Assembly (NCBI GenBank): GCA_032718475.1
Contig: JAUCBJ010007802.1
Coordinates: 1-58,532 of the forward strand
DNA length: 58,532 nucleotides
From: Nemertoderma westbladi
Taxonomy: Eukaryota > Animalia > Xenacoelomorpha
Direction of reading: 5' to 3'
Below, in pieces: positions 1 through 12,268 of the stretch. Position numbers and translations under genes: made by a program. The notes beneath the pieces are model-generated. The model saw only the letters and a list, made by a program, of their open reading frames with translations, did no database searches and was not told the origin of the DNA. Numbering within the stretch: the stretch's first letter is position 1; the number at the start of each line of letters is the position of its first letter.

Positions 1-857
1 CTAGAATTAAGGATCTTATGTCCCCAGACCTGCTCTGGAATCAAATTGTGTCAATTTTAGCATCAAATAATAAAATTCACGGGAATAAATTAAATTCATA
101 TTTAAATGAATTTCATAAATTGTCATTTTGTGCAATTTATAACATTCCCAAAATTCCAGTAATTAATAGATCATGGGAGCGGAGATTCATATTGAGTGTA
201 TTAGAGTGTGAGAATCTCCAGCATATAGTCAATAGCCGATAAAATTTATAAAATCATGCATAAAGAGGATATTGACAATTAAAGAATTACTATTAAATAA
301 CATCCCAGATCTGTATGCATGAGGATTGCCCTAATTCTACCGCTAGTTTTCCATAATGTCACCATGGCAACACCCACGCTAGAATTAGAAGCAAGTTAAA
401 AGAACAATAAAAAGCTTGCCCCATTGCGTAGCATAAGAGTATACATAGCGCACTATTAGTATCCAAGGATACATAGTAAATACGTGACATTCTGGAAGAC
501 ACTGACTAACGGACAAATGGTATGCATGTGTGCAGTAAGTAATGATTGTATGGAATTTGTGCGTTTATAGGTGAATGTTACTACTAAAGTGTGTTTACAG
601 TAGCTAATCGCAATTGTAAAATAGCCCTAACTCTACCGAGATAACCTCAAGTGGATTCAAGCCTTTGGGACGGACAGTGGTGGGACTTGTGCCGGTTATC
701 GTTGTCGTGCTGTGCTACATGTTGGCGTAAACACTGCGACAGCGGTACATCGGCGCTGAGAAACCCACTGTCCGGGGGCAAAAGGCCGAGTAGGAAGCGA
801 CGCCCGCTTACCTAAAATATTAACTTATATTGATATTAACAAACTCAGATAGCAAAT

Positions 858-1487
858 ATGACGGAATTAATAGAAGATGACCTTGGTATTAGAGAGCGAT
901 ATACTCTACCTTTACAAGCGTTTGTGGATAGCTTGATACGCGGTGAAGCTGATCCGACTATTACGGAGGACGATGGTCGCTATATCGAACCGCCGATGTC
1001 CCAGGAACAACTTACGCGCGAAGCGGACTATAGAAAATTCACCGCTCGCTATACGAATCGTAATGGTACGTATATGGACTTCTTAACTACCGGCCATCCT
1101 ACTGATTTACATGATACCGATGATGTAGACACCGAAAGGGAAATGGTTTTATTCCAATATCATACTCAGCGGAATCGTAATGATAAACCGAGAATAGAAC
1201 ACGAGAACTCTATTCGCAACCTACTCGACAGAGAAAACGTTGAAGAACCCGATAAGCGTATCAACTTCAACGACTACGTGGAATTTTTGCGGGAAACCTA
1301 TCTCAATATTGCCAGTCAACAGAACTTAGAGACTCGATATCCTCAAGGTATCCATCACGATCCCATGGTAGAACTCAAACGACTCTATTTCACCATGATG
1401 TATCTTACTGCAGATCATCCACTGTCTGTTGTCTCAGATAGCTTTGAACTAATAGAAGGGAACCACTGGAGAAGAGACATGAGTTGA
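858..1487 (+). CDS. Retrotransposon cargo ORF, N-terminal portion (209 aa, unknown function)
   Basis: The first ~95 aa (MTELIEDDLGIRE.YTLPLQAFVDSLIRGEADPT...) are closely similar to ORF 14492..14923 (-) in element B. No recognisable domain. Confidence 0.6.
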   Translation: MTELIEDDLGIRERYTLPLQAFVDSLIRGEADPTITEDDGRYIEPPMSQEQLTREADYRKFTARYTNRNGTYMDFLTTGHPTDLHDTDDVDTEREMVLFQYHTQRNRNDKPRIEHENSIRNLLDRENVEEPDKRINFNDYVEFLRETYLNIASQQNLETRYPQGIHHDPMVELKRLYFTMMYLTADHPLSVVSDSFELIEGNHWRRDMS

Positions 1488-1685
1488 TGTCTAGGGTCCA
1501 TAATGTGAATAGTTTTCCCCGGGGCACGGGTGCTCGTGGGCGGTCTCCTTCGGGAGGCTGTAACTTTCTCTTCCTTCATCGTTTTCCTATAATTATTGTG
1601 ATCAGTGTCACAGTAAGCAGATAAGAATGAATGATGAGGTAATGGAAAACATGTCCATTGTGGTGTCTTATGGATACTACCATAT

Positions 1686-2375
1686 GGGTAATTCCATGTC
1701 AAATCATCCAGAATTTTTAACTTTTGTAACCCACCCTCTCAGAATTTCGTGAAAATTTCAGGGATTCAATACCAATATGTAACTAAGAGTTGTTGAAAAT
1801 TTTAGGTCAATCCCTCCAGGGAATCAAAAGTTATAGCATTTCAATGCGGGCTACATTTACGGCTATCGCGACTAAGATGACGCTTTCGCGGGTGAGACGT
1901 TATGGCCTTTTTTGGTCATAGGACTATATGTATGTACCTAATAGTCACAAAATTGAGTGCCTAGAAGTATTTTTCGATCCTGAGTCTGAAAATAAAGTCA
2001 GTTTTCAACGTAAGATGCACCTTGCTCTGATATGGTCAAGAATTGATCATCTTTGGCTTCGCGGAGACCTAGAAACTTTGATTGGCAATAACCTTTGCTG
2101 CTTTCGGTGAATCTGCTTGAAATTTTGTGCACACACTCCCTGGGTGGACGATGGCATTTGGTAAAAAAATTGTTTTTGTACTCTGAGATGCTCTGATTTT
2201 ATTAAGGATTTTCACTTTTGCTTATCCGCTAGACCGCTAGGTGTTTCCGTTTCTTCACTTGCCCATTAGGAGTCACTATTACTTGATATTTACTGTCCAG
2301 ATGCCATGTGAGGGAGGTGGGTGACATCAAACTAATCAAAAAAACTATAATTAATATAATTATATAACATGATGG
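1686..2375 (+). repeat. Left terminal inverted repeat of the Sola2-type element
   Basis: Reverse complement of ~5560-6237. Near-identical over ~1725-2110 and more diverged inward; the inner boundary is approximate. Confidence 0.9.
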
Positions 2376-2782
2376 ATGATTTAGAATATACACTGTACAC
2401 AGGCCTGGTAGCCAAATCTCTCTATAATAATACTATATCCACTGTGATCAGTTTCTTGGCTCACCCATTATTTCATCATTTTCTCTCAAATTTAGCTTAG
2501 TAGCTCGAGAAAACTGAACCAGAAAGGCATGGACTGCAAACTCTGACCACATTAGTTCAAGTTATACTGTATGTCCTAGGCAGTTTACATTTAGGCAAAT
2601 ACACATATTTTAATCAATCAATATTGTTTCAATATACAGTAGTGTAAGGTTGTCAGTAAAAGAAAAGCAGAGAACACTCCATGTCCTCTCACTCTCATTC
2701 GTTCCTTGATATTCCTGTACACCTGTAGGCCTATGTTTTTCTCTTGTTATTATTATTGACTGATTATTATACTGTAATAAAG

Positions 2783-5483
2783 ATGTCAGATTCTACAGAA
2801 GAAAAGTGTGATTTTGGCTCTATACTGTCAGAAGATTGTCATAAACTCTCATATCGTGGACAAAAAGCTGGAATTCAAGATTTTAAAAACCTCCCACATG
2901 AACTGCAGGAAACATTGTTATGGCGTAGTGAAGTTCCTAAAACCACTTACGAGTCTGTGAGTACAATTTGCCATCATCATGAATATATCTTTACCAAGAA
3001 GTTCCACCAGGGGAGTAAATGTTGTGATACATTCAAACTGCACAAGACAAGATCTAAAGGTTAGTTCTACACTGGACAAACTACTACAATGCAAATTTTC
3101 GAATATTATTTAGGCCTAATACAGTAGCACTATTAACCTATTAGCTACAAATACACCCTGAAATGCGGTACATATTTTCTTATTTTTTATAATTATTGTA
3201 TTTTTAGGAGATCGAGTGATCAGTTTGGATTTCGCAAAGAAACTTAAGGAGAAAGACATTGAAGTAACACCAGGGTGGAAATTTTGTGTTAAATGTGAAG
3301 TCAAGGCCAAATCATTAACAAAATCAGAACCATCTACCTCTGTAATTAGTGAAAGTGAATCAACTAGTGAAAGTGAATCGGTGATAAAGACTGTAGAACT
3401 TGAAGGACTACGTGGGTCTGTTGCCAGTTCCTTTGAGGCTATTGGTGTATCCCCATTAAAGGTACATGGATTACCAGCACATAGCCGTGTGCCTAGTGCC
3501 AAGAAAAAACTTAAACGTGTATATGAAAAAATGGAACATCAGGTTTCATCAATCCTAGGAGTAGAGGCAGTGGAATTACAGGAAAGTGCCGGTACATCTT
3601 CCACATCAGTATATTTGGATAAAGCTAATGCATTAGACAAATTGCATACCGAATTGAAAGCAAAATTGGAAGTTGCAAATTATAGAGAGAAAGTCCAGAT
3701 ACTTACACTGGCACCTACTAACTGGCCAAGGACTAGAGTGTCTGAAGTTTTTGGTGTCTCTGAATATTTGGTCCGAAAAGCAGTGGCACTTAAATCTGAA
3801 AAGGGAATAATGTCAATTCCAGAGAAGAAGAAAGGTAAACATCTCTCAAATGATGTCACTGATGCAGTGCGCTCATTCTATGAAGATGATGAGTATTCTC
3901 GAGTAATGCCAGGACGGAAGGACTATGTTAGTATTGGAAAGAATATTCATGTCCAGAAGCGATTACTGTTGTGTAATTTGAAAGAACTATATTTGTCATT
4001 TAAAGATAAAACGAAATTGACTATAGGCTTTTCAACCTTCGCTGCCTTGCGCCCTAAGTGGTGCATCTCTGTTGCTGCTCCAGGAACACAGAATGTATGT
4101 GTCTGCAGCTATCATCAGAATGCAAAGTTAATGACTGCTGTTTTACCAATGAACTTAACATATAAAGACCTAATGGATAAAGTTGTTTGTAATACAGATA
4201 ACAAGATGTGCATGGTACATAGGTGTTCAAATTGCCCAGGGAAAGAAAAACTTCGGGAATTTATTGCCGAGCAATTTGAATCTTTGGAAGAAGAGATTAC
4301 TGTTTCTCAGTGGACTGGTACTGATCGTGCTAACATGATTACTCAAATTTTGACTATTTCTGATTACATAGATGCTCTCTCTGATCAAATTGATAAACTG
4401 ACCTCTCATAGCTATATAGCTAAAACACAATCACGCTATCTGAAGAATCGTAAGGAATATCTTGAAGAAGATCATTGTATTGCAATAGTTGACTTTGCAG
4501 AGAACTATGCATTTGTTGTACAGGATGCGATACAGTCGTTCCACTGGAACAATAGTCAATGCACCATACACCCAGTTGCGCTTTACTATTTAAAGGATGG
4601 AAAACTTCAAGTAGACTCTCTAGCATATCTTAGTGATGTTGTAGATCATGATACAACTTTTGTGTATACTGTTCAAAAGAAATTGACCAACTATTTGAAG
4701 GATGAACTTCCTCATATTAATACACTAGAGTACTTTTCAGATGGTTGTGCTGCTCAATACAAGAATTGTAAGAATTTTATAAATCTGTGCCACCATGAAG
4801 CTGACTTTGGCCTAAAAGCTCAGTGGGATTTTTTCGCCACATCTCATGGCAAATCTCCAGCAGATGGGATTGGTGGTGTTATAAAACGAACTGCATTACG
4901 AGCCAGCCTTCAACGAGTAGTAGGTGATCAGATAGTTTGTACGAAAGCTGTTCATGAGATCTGTTGTAGTCATCTACTATCAATTAAGACTTATTTGATT
5001 GAACAGGATGAAATAGAACAATGCCGTTCGTTTTTGCAGAGTAGATATAATATTGCAAGAACAGTTCCTGGAACCCGGGCTCATCATCAGTTTGTTCCTG
5101 ATTCAAACACAACAATTAAACTTAAACATACAAGTACTGATGAAGCGTTTTCATTCATCCACACGTTTGGAATGCCAGAAGGTGATATTGTTAAGGTATC
5201 TGCAATGGAATATGCAGCATGCAAATATGATGAAGGTTGGTGGATTGGTCTAGTTTTGGAGTGCTCAGCTGAACATTCAGATCATCTGATAAGTTTCATG
5301 CATCCACCAGGATCTTCAGGAGCACAAACATTTTTCTGGCCTTCGAAGATGGATACATGTTGGGTACCTAGCCCACATGTACTTCTAAAGATACAACCAC
5401 CAAGTACTCGAACTGGCCGAACATACTCTTTAATTAATGATGAATTAAAACTAATTCAATCTAGATTTTTAACTGCAATTTAA
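2783..5483 (+). CDS. Sola2-type DDD transposase, two exons (2783-3059, 3208-5483; about 850 aa)
   Basis: A GT-AG intron at 3060-3207 (AAAG|GTTAGT ... TTTTTAG|GA, phase 1) joins ORF 2744..3064 to ORF 3216..5483 in frame (KTRSK-G-DRVISL). The N-terminal Cys/His region (ICHHHE, KCCDTFKLH, PGWKFCVKC) is ARL14-effector-like. Catalytic-region motifs are DFAENY, FSDGCAAQYKN and ATSHGKSPADGIGG. The C-terminal YDEGWWIG...FFWP...CWVP segment is Tudor/SH3-like. Confidence 0.85.
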
Positions 5484-5559
5484 TCTTAAACTATACTGTA
5501 TTATTATCTATATCTATAAGCATTATATTATAGAGTTATTGGGCAATATATATAATATT

Positions 5560-6237
5560 AATCATCATGTTAAATAATTATTTTATAGTTTTATGATTAC
5601 TTTAATGTCACCCACCTCCTTCACATGGAATCTGGGAACTAAATATCAAGCAATAGTGACTCCTAATGCGTGAGCGAAGAAACCGAAGCGCTTAGCGGTC
5701 TAGCGGATAAGCAAAGTGAAAAGTTTTAATAAAATTAGAACATCTCAGAGTACAAAAACAATTTTTTTACCAAATGCCATCGTCCACCCAGGGAGTGTGT
5801 GCACGAAATATCAAGCCAGTTCACCGAAAGCAGCAAAGGTTATTGCCAATCAAAGTTTCTAGGTCTCCGCGAAGCCAAAGATGATCAATTCTTGACCATA
5901 TCAGAGCAAGGTGCATCTTACGTTGAAAACTGACTTTATTTTCAGACTCAGGATCGAAAAATACTTCTAGGCTACTCAATTTTGTGACTATTAGGTACAT
6001 ACATATAGTCCTATGACCAAAAAAGGCCATAACGTCTCACCCGCGAAAGCGTCATCTTAGTCGCGATAGCCGTAAATGTAGCCCGCATTGAAATGCTATA
6101 ACTTTTGATTCCCTGGAGGGATTGACCTAAAATTTTCAACAACTCTTAGTTACATATTGGTATTCAATCCCTGAAATTTTCACGAAATTCTGAGAGGGTG
6201 GGTTACATGGCCTGGATGACTTGACAAGGAATTACCC
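5560..6237 (-). repeat. Right terminal inverted repeat of the Sola2-type element
   Basis: Inverted copy of 1686-~2375. Confidence 0.9.
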
Positions 6238-6709
6238 ATATCTCCTTCCTCCTCTTTTCTCCCTTCATCGATCGACCAATCATACTGGTATCGTGGTATG
6301 AATCATACCGCTTCCTAATAAACCTCCCCACCCTTTACTGTTAATCTGGATGCCTATATTCGTGTCCGCATCTCCTGTCCATATACCATTGTGTTGGTAT
6401 TTATAATAGCAACACCCATCTCTTTGTCGTTGATTACATAATCAACCACCGATAATTTCCTTAGGTCCACGACCCGATATAAGGACTAAAAGGATACGCG
6501 GCTAATCTGTGAACAACTGGTACCATTGTGTGTCATAAATCTGGTTGTTCACCTCCCTTAATAATTGGGGATAAATTAATTTGGAGATAATCTTCGAATG
6601 ACATAATCCTCCTACTGAGATCGTATTTTAAACCTTGTTGAATGTGTCATAGGTTTTCCTTGCCCTCTCCCATCGATGGCGGAAAACATGTTAGGCGTGC
6701 AACAGGAAT

Positions 6710-8485
6710 ATGGAGAACATTCCCTATCCTTTCGTGGATACTCAGCTGATAGCGCCTTGGGCCGAAGGCCGAGGTTTCTTTCGCACCATGTATGCTAATG
6801 TGTCTAGCAACATTACAAAGGTGCAACGAACTTCCATCGGACATCTTGCCTTTCAGGAATACGGGTGGAATTTCAAGGTCGGAAATCCCATCAACTATCA
6901 ACAAGTATACGGAGACCATTATTCTCGATTATACTTTGACGGACCATTAACCGCACCTGGCGCCGTGTATAGCTTCATGAGTGTTCCACTCCGACCCTCC
7001 TTAGCTATCTACACGATCTTCGAAAACGCCGCACTTTCCGGTTGGCTAGCCGATGTGTGCAGTCGTACTATACGCGCCCATCCATTAATCCTTGGAACCA
7101 AACTAGCTAAGCTAGATGAACATAATAAATTCATCCGCTTTGAATGTTTCCGACGGTTTTTAACCCCGTTTCGCAACGTGGATAGCCAATTCAAAGACCG
7201 CGCTTTGACCAAGCTCAGCTTAAGAGACTCAGCTGCGGAGAAGTTGGATAGCGCTGGATTCGCTATTTTCCGAGACATTTGTGTGATAAACCTGCACTCC
7301 TCGGTTATCCAAAGACCTCGGATCCCCACCGGTTATTCTGTCGTGGAAATTCAGACGGTAGGTCCATTTGAGGAGACGGCCATGCCTACCTCAACTATAC
7401 AAGGGGAAGACGAACCCATATGTTTAGAATCGGAAGAGATTCAGCCCCCCACGGCTCGGAGTAGTGATAGTGACTATCTATTGGAATGGTATCAAGGTCC
7501 ACAGTGTCTTACTGCGTATGATTATCGCCATGCCAATTATGTTTCTCGACAACGTTGTCGGCTGTGCGCATCGAGAGACCATATTACGTCTATGGACACC
7601 AACGATCTTTGTTCCTATTTCCACGAGCAACCGTCGATGGAAATCTATTGTGCATATTGTCGGCTTAATAATTTGCACATTTTTGCCGTCTGCCCCCAAT
7701 TTATGACTCAATGCCATCATTGTCAATTAAAAGGACACGCCAGCTTTGATTGTCCCTTTAACCATGATTTAGAGAGCGTAGATGAAATGATTGTACTACG
7801 TTATATAAGAGCTTGGGAAGCGAACGCTGATTTACATTGTGACTCACGCCATCGCTATTATCCCGGACGCGCCTATGAAGGAGTTTATGCGTTCCATCCA
7901 TATTTGTTTGCCTCCGTCGAGCAGAAATCGCGCCTATCAAGTTATGAACTATTGAAGCGCGTTGGAGAATGTATTTCAACCAAATATGTGCGTAAATTTC
8001 TCAGGAGCATTAATCCGAGTGACATCCAGTCTTACAACTTAATAAACTTTATCCGTCAAGACCCTGCCTATGGAGACTTATTCGTCAACTCACACCCTGA
8101 GTTACAAGAGGTATATCGACGGCCTTACGAGTATCGAGCCCGCGAACGCGAGTTAGAAAGAACCATTAAACCAAGGAAGTTTCTAACTGCCTATGGTCCA
8201 CCCACGGCCCTCGTTCAGACCACTCGTAAAGGACCCGTAAGAGCGGCTGTCTTGAAACGAGCTCTCAAAGCCGTTAGACCCCTCTCCCCGGACGTTGATG
8301 TCCATCAACCCGGTACTTCGACCGGCGGATATACCGATCGCAATCCCATACCTTCTGATGCAATCATATTGCACCCTTCACCCAGGAGTTATAGCCCTCC
8401 TAGTAAAGTGGCTCGCCCCAAAGAGAAAAGCACTCTTGCTAGCTTCAAAAAACTGCGTAAACGCCGTCCGCGCAAGAAAGACTAA
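6710..8485 (+). CDS. Retrotransposon cargo protein: C-terminal half of a DEDDy-like exonuclease domain plus triple Cys/His zinc module and basic tail (591 aa)
   Basis: Aligns by eye to ORF 55777..57600: FVDTQLIAPW~CIDTQTLLAW, SIGHLA...FK...YQQVYG~GIGYLA...FK...YNKIYG, YTIFE~YVVME, and YCAYC..H...VCP.....CHHCQLKGH~YCPYC..H...VCP.....CTTCGFRGH. It ends in KKLRKRRPRKKD (NLS-like) 78 bp before the LTR. Confidence 0.7.
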   Translation: MENIPYPFVDTQLIAPWAEGRGFFRTMYANVSSNITKVQRTSIGHLAFQEYGWNFKVGNPINYQQVYGDHYSRLYFDGPLTAPGAVYSFMSVPLRPSLAIYTIFENAALSGWLADVCSRTIRAHPLILGTKLAKLDEHNKFIRFECFRRFLTPFRNVDSQFKDRALTKLSLRDSAAEKLDSAGFAIFRDICVINLHSSVIQRPRIPTGYSVVEIQTVGPFEETAMPTSTIQGEDEPICLESEEIQPPTARSSDSDYLLEWYQGPQCLTAYDYRHANYVSRQRCRLCASRDHITSMDTNDLCSYFHEQPSMEIYCAYCRLNNLHIFAVCPQFMTQCHHCQLKGHASFDCPFNHDLESVDEMIVLRYIRAWEANADLHCDSRHRYYPGRAYEGVYAFHPYLFASVEQKSRLSSYELLKRVGECISTKYVRKFLRSINPSDIQSYNLINFIRQDPAYGDLFVNSHPELQEVYRRPYEYRARERELERTIKPRKFLTAYGPPTALVQTTRKGPVRAAVLKRALKAVRPLSPDVDVHQPGTSTGGYTDRNPIPSDAIILHPSPRSYSPPSKVARPKEKSTLASFKKLRKRRPRKKD

Positions 8486-8563
8486 CTGTTTAGAGTATTT
8501 TTGTATTTTAGAAACTGTGATTTTGTATATTTTATAGACTTAAATCCCATTTTCTGGGAGCGG

Positions 8564-9770
8564 TGTAAAAGCTTTTGTGGGATAACTGATACGTTTGCCT
8601 TTGCTGGCCAGTTCCCCCCCAGGCGCTGGAATACTCTAAAAAGGGTTTCCTAACTGTATATATATTCCCCTCGCCCGCAAGGTACCTTTACAGGTGTTTT
8701 AACGGACATAAAAATCATTCTGCTATATACGTGTTTTAGCGGACATGGTAAGACAAAAAACTTGTAATGCACCAACCACCTTTCACAGCTTAGCCGTGAT
8801 GATTCATATTACGACATCTAGCAGCTGGTTGCTGACATGGAAACAGCCATTGGACGCGTGGTTCTTTGTTTGGCTTGGGCCAATCAGGGCGGTTTTTCCT
8901 GTCGACGTGTAGCTTTCCTGCCGATCATAAGGAGAGTGTTCAGTCTTACTGTTTTTTCTTGATACTTTGTTGTTATTGCTGTCTAAGCCAGAAACACCGG
9001 CATTTTTGGATAGATACTGCTGTACCGTAAACTGCTTGAATTATCGAAAGTATAAACTGTTACCTAACTCATTAATCATATTGTTTGTACTGTTATTTTA
9101 CCGTCAGTTATTAATTGTAAATATTTGTTGATGGAAATATTGCTATTTGGATAATACGGATAAATCACCCAATTCCCAATTTTCTTGATAACACTACAGG
9201 TTAGAGAGACCGGCTATATATAACAATTGCGATTTATATTAATGTGGTGTGTATTGAATCCAATGTTATTTAGCAGACCCTACGTGAGTCAATTACTGCT
9301 CTCTTTATGTGTGATCAAATGTACTGACTGTCGGCAGAATAGTGTGTATGATTGTGATTGGTAACAAAGTATTTCCTAAAGAATACGCTTTATACTTCAA
9401 TCCCAAGCAGTATCGTTGCGTTTAGTATAAGTCTTAGTTCTGTTTAAATAGATAAAGCGCCACGTCCTAAAGGAACTGTTAATATTTCCCGAAAGCCAAT
9501 AATATCTGTCAGAGATTAATTATTAACGATCTATCGAATAATACATTAGGTATACACTGCAACCTTACACTGTAATAATACAATTCAAGCATCCGAATTC
9601 AGTCTCCCGGGTGTAGATCCATCGGGTGAATGATCGCGCATGGGCTGACTTCGGCTAATGTTTTGCGTATTAGCATAAAATATTGTCGTATGCTAAAGTG
9701 GTTTTAATTAACTAGAAGACATATAAATTTTGGCAGGTTAAACTGCTAAAGGTCTTCAAAAGCGCGAACA
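8564..9770 (+). repeat. 3' LTR of element A (1207 bp)
   Basis: Starts TGTAAAAGCTT after the PPT and ends AGCGCGAACA. It is a diverged homolog of the element B LTR (TGTAAAAGCTT...AGCGCGTACA). Confidence 0.85.
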
Positions 9771-10088
9771 TCAATTGAATTGGTACCCAAGGTGTACCAA
9801 TACCGTGTTTTTCACTGGAATTTTTTGAAAACAAAAAAGTTTACTTTTTTTTGTTAACATTATATTAGTTATCGTAGCTAGTGTTTTTAAGGAGCTAGTG
9901 AATTATTTACTAGCTAGTTATAATACGTATTTAAAATGTTTATCGGTTGATATTGATTCGGTTGATCGGATGATTATTGATTTTTTTAAATGTATGAATA
10001 GCTACGCAATTAGTATAAAGATAAAAACTGTTCTACCACAAACTCTACTGCACCACCAACTGCTTATTTAATATAGTTAATCGAATAA

Positions 10089-11874
10089 ATGAACAGATAT
10101 TTAAATAAATGCTGCTCCTGCTTCGTAAGGGCGACCAGTCGGTGTGGCTGCACCCGGGCCGGGAAAGGTTGCACAAGTTGTCCCGCCCTGGCAACTTCAG
10201 GTTGCAGGAACCCCCACAACATCGCCCCACAACATCGATCCGCCAGATTCGCACCCATGTACTACATACCAGGCCCAGGGTCCTCTTCAAATCTCGCCCA
10301 TAATCAGCCCTGAATACGATCCCAACGAGACGTTGGAGGCCGAATCATCTAGTGGGAGCAGCGATGGGGATACCAGTGGTGATTCGACCCTCTGTCAGAC
10401 CTTTCGCCTTTGCTCACCTCCAGTTGCATTGGGGGCAAGCACGCCTCGTCCTTCAGTTGGCCAGGTCAGCAACACCTCGGAACCTGAGTTACTTGAACAG
10501 GCATTCGGTGGTGAGTTTTTGAATATTTTTACTGCCAATGCTAACTGTATGCAGAAATCTTATTATTCGGTATCAGTGCATATAATATTTGTGCTTCGTA
10601 TGTATTGAATAGCCCATAAAAATGTTTATATTGTTGCCTAACAACAGTTGTGGTATCATTGAACTCTCATTGGTAACTACCGAAGCCGGTATTCTTGCGT
10701 CTTATTGGCTGTTCTATTTTTACCGAACATTGTGTATTCATATATAACTGTTGTCAGCCTCGCTAGGCTTAGGCTTAACTTGATATTATTTCAAGTACTT
10801 TACATCGATTCTATAAGCCCTGCGAGCCACGTTTAGTTACAGTGGTCCGCAATATTTTACCTAGTCACTTGCAACTAATTACTTGCAACTAATCGCTTGT
10901 ACTCGATTTCCACACGGTGAGTGTAAATGCGCCTTGTCAGTAATAAGATTTGGTTCATTTAATGCGAATGTTAATTATCCCCAACTAGTAACTATTATTT
11001 ACCAGCGATGCAAGTGATTCGAGTAAATCGTGCGCTTATCACGCACTAGACCAACATAGTATCCAACCTACAATATATGTAAGTCATACGTACATTTACT
11101 AGCCAACAACACAATATAACGGAACGGTTTACACGTACTATCGCACCCCCTTTGAGGCAGTTTGTAAGTGCTGAGGCATTATACTTACGGTAACTAATTC
11201 TAGATCTCGTTAAGATATATACCCCCACACTTTCGTGAGTGTTCCTGCTATATGCGGCAGGTATCCCGAGGCATTGATAACACTCATAAGAACTACATAA
11301 CGACTCGCTGGGCATTTTTAGGTTAGCCTCCCATAAACGCCTCGACAAATATCCCTGGTTCATCGACTGACCAAGCCTGGGAATCCAGGCTACTCTGCTG
11401 CTCATACCGAAGTGCACTAACGTACTGTTACAGTCCCATTTGGTTATTTCTGCATCTGCAAAGGAATCCCGCCATGATAGCCTCACCCGTCTGCCTGGCC
11501 GTAATTACGTGGTCCCAGGCGGTAACGTTGGGCACAAGATCGCAGACATCCTATCTACCGAGGTGGGTGGCTTTGCCAACGGTTCACTTCCCTCGGAGCG
11601 TTGCCTTTGCTCCATTACCACTATTTTTCAGCATGACCCAAATGTTTCCAAAAGCCCAGATGTGAGACGGACTTTACTGCGTCGAATCCAGATGTGGGAA
11701 TGCAACAAGTTTGACGCTTTAGTAGCAGATGCTGAGCGCTGTAGTGCCAAATTTCCATCTTCTCATGGTGCTGGACCACCAAACACTGCACGGAACTTCA
11801 ACAGAAAGATTCTCGAAGGAATGAACCGAGCTGCTGTGCGTTGTGCCACTAAGGTGCCTTTAGCCTTTGCTTAG
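10089..11874 (+). pseudogene. Decayed 5' portion of a CRE-clade-like non-LTR retrotransposon ORF, with an apparent intron at 10511-11433
   Basis: N-terminal Cys cluster (CCSC...CGCTRAGKGCTSC...CRN), then LEQAFG. After the interruption it reads YVVPGGNVG...L..E...SER...FQ...RRIQMW...FDALV...FNRKILEG...AAV, which I recognise as the pre-RT region of CRE-type elements. No RT domain is present. Confidence 0.6.
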
Positions 11875-12268
11875 GCCCTACTGCCAAACTCCACTCCTTT
11901 ACAAACTTGAAATTGTTCATAGGGTAGCATTAGTGTGTGTTAAATATTTTATACAGCTGATAGCTTTTTCAGTCAAGGTATGGGCCAATGTGAATTTAGA
12001 ACTAATTCCAAGTGAATGAACCTTAGTAATATTGTAGGCCTTTAACTGTAGTACTAAAATAATTGGTGTAATTAGAATCATGAGAGGGAAACGTAGGTTT
12101 AGAAAATTGGATTATTGTCAGGCCTTAAGGAACAAAGTGATTTAAAAAGTTAAATATTAGTATATTAATTAATTAATAGAATAAGTGTTCTGAAGATTTA
12201 CATCCCGCGTGCTTGCTAGAGGGAAATATTATTTAATCTCTATTCTATAGTATCAAGCCTGACCTTGG

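Larger units (their letters stand above)
1686..6237 (+). mobile_element. Complete Sola2-type DNA transposon
   Basis: GGG...CCC termini, 4-bp ATAT TSD (1682-1685 / 6238-6241), long TIRs of roughly 650-700 bp and a central transposase gene. GRG termini, AWWT TSD and long TIRs fit Sola2 as I recall its description. Confidence 0.85.
1..9770 (+). mobile_element. LTR retrotransposon element A (BEL/Pao family relative of element B), 3' part only: internal non-coding region, cargo ORFs, PPT and 3' LTR; interrupted by a DNA transposon
   Basis: 1-~1250 is an inverted, diverged copy of ~14550-15790 of element B. 8340-9770 is an inverted, diverged copy of ~12269-13770. It ends in a TG...CA LTR preceded by the same PPT (TGGGAGCGG) as element B. 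The 5' part lies outside the window. Confidence 0.85.

Noticed and set aside
1928-6030. Paired small ORFs 1928..2110 and 5821..6030
   Set aside because: Mirror-image translations of the TIRs with no protein features.
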